Of a stretch of 64,000 bases of DNA, positions 50,601 to 58,300 are shown in pieces. Origin of the DNA: an uncultured Thermoplasmata archaeon (lineage in GTDB: Archaea > Thermoplasmatota > Thermoplasmata > Halarchaeoplasmatales > Halarchaeoplasmataceae); assembly GCA_964462425.1 (NCBI GenBank), contig CAYWYD010000004.1:12173-76172 (forward strand), read 5' to 3'. The notes under the pieces are model-generated. The model worked only from the letters and a program-made list of their open reading frames with translations, searched no databases and was not told where the DNA came from. The translations under genes were made by a program, and so were the position numbers. How positions within the stretch are numbered: the stretch's first letter is position 1; the number at the start of each line of letters is the position of its first letter.

Positions 50601-52152
50601 TGACTTCAAGTTCTACCGTAGTGTTATGCGTCTTTCCACCCCCTTCACCTTTGACGATCAACTCGTAGGTATCCGGTTGTAGGTCCGTAGAGGGATGAAC
50701 ATTCAAGGATGTTTCATTCGGATATGGGGAATTGAGAGTCGATGTTCCGAAATCCCAGGTCAGTTCACCGTTGGGTGAAGGAGAGACGCTATCTACCGAA
50801 AGATCGACTGGATCGTTGAAATTGTTTATCGCGCTCACATTCATCTCGTAACTGAAATCGGTTCCTACGCCCACTTTTTGATAGTCCGGTCTCCCGTCGA
50901 TATAGAAATTTTCTTGATCCTCGATGATCAGATCGACTTCCGAGGAATGATTCGATCCAGAATCTGCTGTGCTGTTAGCCCAAATCCTTAACGGATATTC
51001 TCCTGGGCTGGCATTGGTTGCTTCGATGAAAACTTTAGTTTCGTTGACAGTGTTTCCATCAGGATGTACCTTATTTTCGTCCAGATAGGCATTGACACCG
51101 GTCGGTGCCCCTCCCAACCATTGAAGATCTAGATCTATCGGATTAACCGCACCTTCGGCAGTAATCTCGACATCATATTCCGTATTTATCTCGGGACTTA
51201 TCAGACGAGTTTTAGGAGAAGCACTTATCCCGTGATCTCCTGAGAGAAGGATATCATATTCCTGGTGGTCAGGATTGTCTCTGTTGTGGTTCAAAACCAC
51301 GATCCCATACCACCCAGTTTGTTCTGGGGTGAAGTTGACTATCTCCTCTTCTACTCCATTCACCTCATCAACCACACCGCTAGCTAATGATTCCTGAGGG
51401 ATGGCGGAATGATTTCGGACTATATGGTAGCTCAAATGGTTATCTTCTGTAGCTTCTGTAGTGGGCAGACTTAGATCATATGTGCCTTCTTTGTATAAAA
51501 ATGAAGAGTAAACATTCAGAAGTGGAGGATGACCATCAGTATTATCTATTGATCCAAAGAAATTTCCATCCTTGGTACCATCATCCCTCTCACCGGCGAT
51601 CAACGCGCTAGTTCTCGTTTCTCCGATCTGTAGAGGCCCGGGAGAATCTGGGTTATCATCATACAGCTCCCCGGAATGCGAATCCGATTCGATCGCGTAA
51701 TTCATATGGTCATCTCCACTATAATTCTCTCCCTCAAATGGTAAAATTCTTGAAAAATAGGCCGTTTCAGATTCGGGATCGGGTTGTCTCACCACAACCG
51801 TATCCATTTTCCCCAAGCCTCTATAAGAGGAAACGACTTCTCTATCAAAATCATAATCTTCATACAGTTCAAGATCAAAATCGCCGGTTACATCCGTACT
51901 ATCTTCTGGCAATAGAGCAATTCCTGTATAATGCCCATTAGCATAGATCTTATCCCTGTTTGGAACCATTTCTTCACTGGGATCAAAAAAACCTCCCGAT
52001 GGCACTTGGATATATTGATTATCCGGTTCGTGGTTATTCAGCGTATAGGATTTCCCTCCAGTAAGAGCACTCGCTAGAGGAGTCAGGAGCATAATATTGA
52101 CTACAAGCAGGCCTACTATAACCAAAACAGCTATCCGCCTCGATGCTTTCAT
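44632..52152 (-). CDS. Giant Ig-like repeat surface protein with C-terminal TM and cytoplasmic HhH/alpha-CTD-like domain
   Basis: Signal peptide; many ~90-aa repeats (P...I.SP...WDTT...DG.H...A.D..G...VDN); TM near the C-terminus; charged linker; HhH KGIGEK. Confidence 0.88.
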   Translation of the reverse strand: MKASRRIAVLVIVGLLVVNIMLLTPLASALTGGKSYTLNNHEPDNQYIQVPSGGFFDPSEEMVPNRDKIYANGHYTGIALLPEDSTDVTGDFDLELYEDYDFDREVVSSYRGLGKMDTVVVRQPDPESETAYFSRILPFEGENYSGDDHMNYAIESDSHSGELYDDNPDSPGPLQIGETRTSALIAGERDDGTKDGNFFGSIDNTDGHPPLLNVYSSFLYKEGTYDLSLPTTEATEDNHLSYHIVRNHSAIPQESLASGVVDEVNGVEEEIVNFTPEQTGWYGIVVLNHNRDNPDHQEYDILLSGDHGISASPKTRLISPEINTEYDVEITAEGAVNPIDLDLQWLGGAPTGVNAYLDENKVHPDGNTVNETKVFIEATNASPGEYPLRIWANSTADSGSNHSSEVDLIIEDQENFYIDGRPDYQKVGVGTDFSYEMNVSAINNFNDPVDLSVDSVSPSPNGELTWDFGTSTLNSPYPNETSLNVHPSTDLQPDTYELIVKGEGGGKTHNTTVELEVTTGLNAGMYSPIEDELISGQYTFQADASYDGGTIDEVRFTFGGNLSTLGTLSGAYSTTSGLWERDVDTTGYPDGISTVKATVVGTDGARYTSKPVTFETKNTPPNPTILSPSDHEYVNDAIEIRVNTSEKISDVQYRIDEQAWQPMIIDNEGGNSISWLAQWDTTSVSDGLHDITIEATDKAGLSGQSSTTVYVDNNPPSLDIVSPVNGETIQGQYKFQALAEDTVKMDRVNITVFGSTTSMVFNEVTGYYERTFRTSTVSDGNYTAHMQGWDRVGHSSQNQSVDFQVANAPPSMTIHSPQAGQILQNTHTLKAEVESDFLETVEYRVDDGAWETMEENTTLDNYTADWDTTAVPDGPHTLTFRAVDEVGHETEVSRDVKVDNTAPTGTVVEPLNGEFISGEYTFRITASDEVGVKSVEIKVFSGIYPATYNEGTGYYEYSIDTNSIDDGEYTVNATIEDEVGWTYTTSDVTFSVDNSAPAVSIVNPTPNSYVSGNVSVETNITDMYLDSAEARIDEGTWEAMEESNNLWTYEWNTSDYSEGEHQIHVRAMDDSGKSTMQNINVIVDNENPTASIISPNPDADIQGTYTFQVSANDENGVDVVSINVFGENYTAGFNQGTGFYEKSIITTTVEDGDHAIEATVKDDSGKETVVDAVNFSVDNTNPAVDIVAPNQGDYIDREIEINATTHDKFLKNSHYRIDGGSWNEMDIEENYSTAYWNTTKFSEGHHRIEVRSVDEIGHQTMDSIDIIVDNEKPGGSIASPFGGEYVSGSFIFQISAEDENGIDQVKVDVFNQTYTAEYNSGTGMYELVLVTTTIEDGTYNISATIKDNAGWEIELDPINFHVNNEEPTLSIVGPEAGKIMTGKDEVRVRAEDKFLSGVRYRVGDSGWHAMDEEGNEEWTSIIETSNFTDGAHTIQFEAIDRGGLRTRQSVEVIFDNTGPEGEIVTPSESDFVDERIRFQINADDEVGVERVMINFLEVEGENASDIDELETQEMYYDVTTGSYMFEVATFRYTDGEARFNATVIDKAGFRTDLGEVDFFIDNSPPEVEYLEPLQGDFVSGTVNITAEIDDDPFIPEVEYRINERTWSSMERERDEYSFSLNRTEYEECLEEGVINETLRQAFEDKGYEVEEDANLSEEDGKWFVSEDGKREYRIELSEEELNIYELGRGWIAEWDTTTIVDGEHTIAIRARDDVGHVTLNEIEVTVDNHEPKVEILNPVSDQFIEGDLTFQIRAADKVGIETVVLDIYALVSDEPHTGNWTIEATYNPSTGYHEATLDTTLEQEDGYWNVTASATDLSGKMNITETIEFRVVNHDPSLTINSPRHGEYVSGQVEVDAEVEDAFPGPAYYSVDDGGWTPIIVPWNTTGYSDGEHSLDIMATDQAGNSVVRTIRVTVINTEPEASIVSPIEEQFVEDWFQFRVNARHEVEVESVEAHLFNETLELSFDRESGYYVYEIDTRNLADGTYTFNATATDPIGNMHRTNTISFHVDNNAPELDINSPRNGEYIRDTVELNVTSEDEFMKGVMYSVDDTGFVPISEELNTTRLSDGEHTITVRATDEAGHITTRKVTVIVDNVAPTIRLHSPRREEVISGEHEIKVFVDSEVQEVMIEFEGNIGPFPMEKTAEENKYSYLLQSTKLTGEDGRGVFDVNVTVVDVAGHERGSQFEITVDNAGPMIEMTGPVENILNETSVQGSTTFSLNVSSLAGVENVQINIDGRGWQDMMLVKNNTYMYQWEAAEEDDGEHTYVIRIEDSAGNVNQYSGTVEVDNPPDYWGIFQNNIPGISFLLILILIVFILYLGRNEVRERIKREEKEGEEGEKEEEEEKESGWISSPLSSKEEEKGESRGASPSERKVKKKKARPMKKTKRKEKEKQEEQVEKETGKQETVEEKEDQGHSIEVLNLNGRVEARLKNQEITSVEELTNKTKDELKNIKGIGEKRAEHLEEKLKEMGLSLKSEKGGKGGDGGEEKGLMDSVMEADLPSDKE

Positions 52153-52358
52153 AAAAAACACCACATTAATTCACTACAATATTCCCATGATTTAAGTTTT
52201 TCTTTAACAATTTTCGAATGTTGTATTCCGGAAAAATTTCGTTAAGTTGTTCGGAAAATACACATATCTCCGAATAAACAGTAGAACTCCTCGATATATT
52301 TGAGGAAAATAATCTGAGAAAAAATAATAAAAAAAAGAAAAGGATTTTTGACCTGTTT

Positions 52359-55300
52359 TTACTCCTCCTCACCGAATCTTTCTTTAAATTCCTCATCGAG
52401 TTCTTCATCAAGTACTTCCTGGTCAACGGGTTCTTCCTCTTCAACAAATTGCTCTTCGTACGGTTTCTCTTCTGGTCCTACTTCCCCGTAATCCTCGGAA
52501 TAATCTTCGGTAGGTTCTTCAGTAAATTCTTCTTCCTGAGGTCCCTGGTCAAAGGTTTGTTCTCCTTCATCAGATGGTGGAGGAGGTTCCTCGTACAATC
52601 CCTCCATCTGCTCGTCCGCCGGTCCTTCATCCTTTTCCCTGCGGAGTAAAACCAATACCAGCACGATTATGGCCGCTATGATGAGGATGAGTATCAACCA
52701 CCAATAACCACATAAAACAGACATCACACCGCCAGCTCCATCGTCATCAGCTAGAGTAGTAACTTGTACCGCGTCACTTTGATCGTCGTCGCTCGCGACC
52801 TCAAGTTCGTATTCACCTTCTGCCTGAGGTTCCCATGTGAATTTGTCTTGCTTTTCTTCTCCAGGCCCAAGAGTAAGGGCTACAGAGTCTACCGAGACAC
52901 CGTCCACATAGAAAACTATCTGTTGAGTATCTTCAACACCACCTGTATTCGTGACTTTGTATTCTAAACTGACTTCTTCGCCTTTTTTAACTTCGTCTTC
53001 GTAGTTGGTGATCTCGACCGAGAAGTATGCTGAGGCCGGTTCCTCTTCGAAGTGAGCCGTTACCTCCTTGTCACTATCCAGAGTTATAGTTATCTCCGGA
53101 TCTTCCTCTCCATCTTCGGGATAATCGCCTACCCAGTGACTGAACTGCCAATCAAGGTCGGGTACAGCTTCGATAGTGACTTCTTCTCCCATAGGATGGG
53201 TATATGTGTCAGGTGTAGGATCTGTACTTCCACCTTCTTCCGCGTTTATAACCAGTTCATATTCCGTTCCAACTTCTTCGAATTCTGCCGTGATAGTGTA
53301 GTTACCTTCCATCGTTATCGTTGTTTCGTTAGCTCCCGTATCATCGATGTTTTCAACGTCACCTATCCATTCGCTGAATTCATAACCTTCATCAGCTAAC
53401 GCCTCTAAATCCACGACTTCGCTTGAATTGTATTCGAAAGTCCTTTCTCCTGGCACCACCACTTCTCCGCCCTCTGCCGAGTTTATGGTGAGTTCGTATT
53501 TTACAACGGAACTTTCTTCCCCGAAATGAGCCGTTACGTTCTTATCGCTGTTCATCGTTACAGCTATCTCGTTTTCCGTTCCTTCGTAATCCCCGGTCCA
53601 CTCGACGAAGTACCAACCTTCACCCGCCATTGCCGTGATATTCACTTCTTCGCCTTCTTGGTAGTTGTGCATACCCTCGGAGGGTTCTGTGGTGCCTTCT
53701 CCTTCGATGTTGATAGTTAGAGTGTACTCTTCAGGCTGTTCAGATTCTACCGTCAGAGTTGCTTCATCGGTGAAATCTTCTCCTTCATAAGTGTATGTTC
53801 CAGTTACCGTCCACTCGCCGACATTTTCAGAGGTGTATACATTATCGTTCCAGCTACCACCTGCCCCAGACTCTATAGACCACACCGTATCCCCAGTAAT
53901 CTCGTACTCGCTATTCTCCACATCGTAGGCAGTGGCAGTATATTCCTGTGAAGACCCGGCAGTCAGGTTAGATTCTTGCGGAGAAATTTCGATATGATCG
54001 ATATCGGCAGCTTCAACGGTCAATAACGCCTCATCAGTTAAGGTGGTACCGTTAGATGTGTAAGTTCCGTTCACGGTCCAATTACCCTCGTTCTCAGATG
54101 TGTAGGTATTCTCATTCCAGCTACCACCTGCCCCAGCCTCTATAGACCAATCGACTTCTCCGGTAACTTCAAAATCGTTATTATATGTATCATATGCTGT
54201 AGCTGTGTAGCTGATACTGTTGCCCGGGAGTATAGATACTTCATTTGGTTCTATCTCTATACTCTCAGCCTCCGAAGGTTCTACTATCACTGTAGTCGGG
54301 TCGGAAGTGAGTCCTTCATAAGTCGCTGTTACCTCGTAATCCCCGACCGTTCCTCGAGAGAAAACACCGGCCGTAGCGTTCTCCCAATCGAACGCAGCAA
54401 CATCGTCTGTTATCAATTCATCATCTTGATCATAAGCTTCTGCATTGAACTGTAATTCTTTTCCCGCTTCTATCGTCTGATCGGTATCCGGATAAATCAA
54501 AACCTCGGCTACATTAGTGGTATCGAAATCGGCAGTTATGGAATACTCACCTTCGATCCTTATAGTGGTTTGATTAGCTGTAGTATCGTCTATTGTTTCA
54601 TTGTCTCCTGTCCACTCGACGAAGTAGTAGTCTTGAGCGGCTACAGCTTCAAGATCAACTATCTCCCCTGAGTTGTACTCGAACGTGTCTTCCCCGGGCT
54701 CGCTCACGGAACCACCATCTGTCGAGGATACGGTTAGATTGTAAGTAGTTATCTCGAACCCCGCAGTGATTGAATAATTATCTAGCATCTCTATATCCGT
54801 CTGATTCGACTCAGTACTTCCAATCGTTCCGGTATCTCCCGTCCACTCGACGAAATGGTAATCCGGATCTGCTACCGCCTCGAGATTCACTATCTCTCCG
54901 TCTTGGTAACCGAAGGTCCCTTCTCCCGGTACCGCAACGTTACCTCCTCCCGTCGAATCAATCGTCAAAGTGTAATCAGTCTCCGCGAACTCGGCTGTTA
55001 TGGAATAGTTATCCTGCATCTCTATACTCGTTTGATTTGATTCCTTATCGACTATAGTTCCGGTATCTCCCGTCCAATTGACGAAGTGATAGCCATCGTC
55101 CGGGATCGCCTCTAGATCCACGACTTCACCCGGAATGTAAGAAAAGGTCCCTTCTCCCGGTACCGCAACGTTACCTCCTCCCGTCGAATCAATCGTCAAA
55201 GTGTAAGAGATCACGGTCACCGTGGTGATCGGAGAGGTCATGCCGTCATATGTTGCTGTCACGTTGTAGTCTCCAGCAGTGGTCTCGTAGAAGACCCCCT

Positions 55301-58300
55301 GCGTCGCATTCTCCCATCCAAAATCATCAACATTGTCCGTTATCAAATTGCCGTACGTATCCTTGGCCTCTGCATCAAACAACAGTTCTTCTCCAGCGTA
55401 CACTACCTGATCCGCTTCCGGATAGATCGAGACGGTATCTACTGCTCCTGGCTCTACCGTTAATGAGGCGTTATCGGTAAAGATCACTCCGGTTGCATTT
55501 TCGTATTCACCCGTGATATTCCACTCGCCCGCCTCTTCGACCGTTGTTACGTTATCAGTCCAAGATGAACGATCTGTAGGCTCAACATTATCAGACCAAG
55601 TCGTCCCGCCAGTAACGTCGAACCCATTGTCCCATTTGTCATATGCTGTAGCGGTGTATCCCTGAGTCGCTCCAGCTGTGATCGACGCTGTCTGCGGGGA
55701 TACCTCTATATCTTCCGCATCTGCCGGCTCCACTGTAACAGTAACAACACTTGAGGTCACGCCTTGATAGGTCGCGGTCACGTCATAATCGCCCGCTACG
55801 GTTTCGTAGAAAACTCCGATATCGGCGTTCTGCCAGTTGAAATCTTCTGGATTATCGGTGATCAAATTACCGCTTCCATCATAAGCCTCAGCATCGAACT
55901 CTAATTCCTTTCCAGCCTCTATTAATTGGTCAGTATCAGGATAGATCAGTACATTAGACACGTCGGTAGTACCAAAATTGGCCATTATCGAATAATTGTC
56001 ATTCATCGTTATCGTAGTTTGATTAGACGTTGTATCTCCTATAGTATTATTGTCGCCTGTCCATTCAACGAAATAATAACCTTCGTCGGGTCTCGCTTCG
56101 AGATCTACAACCTGACCAGCACCGTACTCAAAAGTGTCCTCTCCAGGAGTCGTCACATTACCTCCAACGGTCGAATCTATCGTCAATGTGTAATTGATAT
56201 CGGTGAATTCAGCCGTTATCGAATAATTGTCATTCATCGTTATCGTGGTCTGATTAGACGTGGTATCTCCTATCGTATTATTGTCGCCCGTCCATTCAAC
56301 GAAATAATAACCTTCGTCAGGTCTCGCTTCGAGATCTACAACCTTACCAGAAGTGTACTCGAACGTGTCCTCTCCAGGGGTCGACACACTACCTCCGGCG
56401 GTCGAATTTACCGTGAGATTATAAGTTTCTTGAACAGTTTCCCCAGTCACTTCGATATCAATATGATCAGCAGATTCGGTACCCCAATTGCCTGCAGAAT
56501 CCTGACCTCTAACCCAGTACCGGTAAGTTCCTCCAGTTGCCCAGTGATCCGGGACTGTTAAACTTTCAGCTTCTGCTATTTCGGTTGAACTGCTGCCGGA
56601 TATCGTCATGCCTGAAGCTTGGGACCAATCTATAGTGCTAGGGTCAGTGACGGTGGTATCCGTTTCGACATACTCCGCCGTCTGTATCCCGCTCCGACCG
56701 GTCATAGTATCATCAATACTAGCGGTCAGATTGAAATTATTGTCAGTCGACATATTCACGGGATTCGGATTTGAGGACACATGAGAGGTATCAGGTCCTT
56801 GAGTGTCGGGTTCCGATTTCCAGTCGGAATGTAGAATAGACAAAAAGACTTCGTGGTCTACATCACGTGTGGTTCCTTGAGATGAATGATAAGCCACATA
56901 GGCATAACTTGTACCATCTATCGTCTGGGAAGCCATATTCGGATTCAATTTCCTGTAATTATCGCGAGTCACATAATCGACCGTTACGCTACTATATTTA
57001 TCATTACTCCTTGCGACATTTATGTTAGGAACATCGAATGGAGTATCGGTCTCTAGATAAGAAGTCCATATCCAGCCGTCATTTCCAGCCGTTTTTCCTA
57101 AAATGTCAGCTCCGCTCATGTCTTCCTGTGAGACAGCCTTTCCCGCTACATTATCATATGATGTAAAATCGCTCTCTGCTGGGGGATTCGTTGAAGAGTA
57201 ATCCCCTGTAACATAAGAGGTAGTCAGATCATTGAAATCACCTGCGTTATCGTAAATGCAGCTCATATATACTTCGTTCGTCCCACTGTTGTTATAGTGA
57301 GCTGCCATCGGGAACTGGTGATTGTCGACAGGATCACCGGTAAGATCTCCGGCCACTTTCACTTCACTACTCCACCCGTCGTTGTCCTGTAACATCGTCA
57401 CGACCATCCTTTGATTTCCACTGCTATCTCTATAATAGAAGAAATGCCAATTTACGTCGTTCTGGTCCGTAACGCCGTTAGGGAAGAAATAAAAGTAACC
57501 GCTACTTCCATCAGCTCCCGGAACATCATTAGCACTATTCCAGGTCTCTCCTCCATCACTAGAGGTGACATATGCGATTCCAATATTGCTGGCTTTTCCA
57601 CTCGAATCCATATCAAGGTGTTCAAAAACATATGTCAGTTCTCCATCAGCGGTACCATCGTCTCTGAACAGCATGTATGAACCCCTCTTCATGTTGACGG
57701 TATCGGTCCCATAATTGTTATCTATCTGGACTGGTCCGTTCCACGTATCGTAGGCTCCGGTATCCGCCCATGCGGCTTTGGCTTCGTACTCGTCTCCGCC
57801 GCTTCCGGGTGTCTGCCCGTTCCAGTAGACAACCACTCGATCCTGATAAGTTCCCGAATCGATGTGCTGTAATTGCACGTAATTCGGATCGACCGTTGGA
57901 TTGGTAGACATCGGATTGAATGGGCCTTGCCATTGTATGGGTTCGCCATTTGTATCCAGCTCTGAATATTTCACCCTGACCTGTTTACCGTCTGGTGTGA
58001 CCATCTGATATGCGGCGAATATCCAGTTCGTTCCCCCTGAATCAGCAAATGTGATTATCTCAGGGAACATCTCATCCGCATCTGATTCCGCGAGCTTCTT
58101 CCTCTCGGGCAGCGGTTCAGTCAATATCTGGATGGTCATCTGTATGGTGTCAGAAGCGGATGGACTCGAAGGATCATCCTGAGAAACTGCGGTTATCTCG
58201 AATTCGATGACCTGTTCAGCCAATCCTGTGTTGGCCGTGATCATAACGTCTGTATTGGCTTTCTCAGTGCTTTCCAGTGAAAAACTTGATTGTGGACTAT

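Noticed and set aside
52166..52447. 93-aa minus-strand ORF
   Set aside because: Overlaps the protease 3' end and a T-rich terminator-like region; no recognisable protein features
54900..56430. Possible CRISPR array or DGR template/variable repeats
   Set aside because: Repeats are in-frame coding modules without spacers; no adenine-specific mismatch pattern evident; no cas or reverse transcriptase gene in the window
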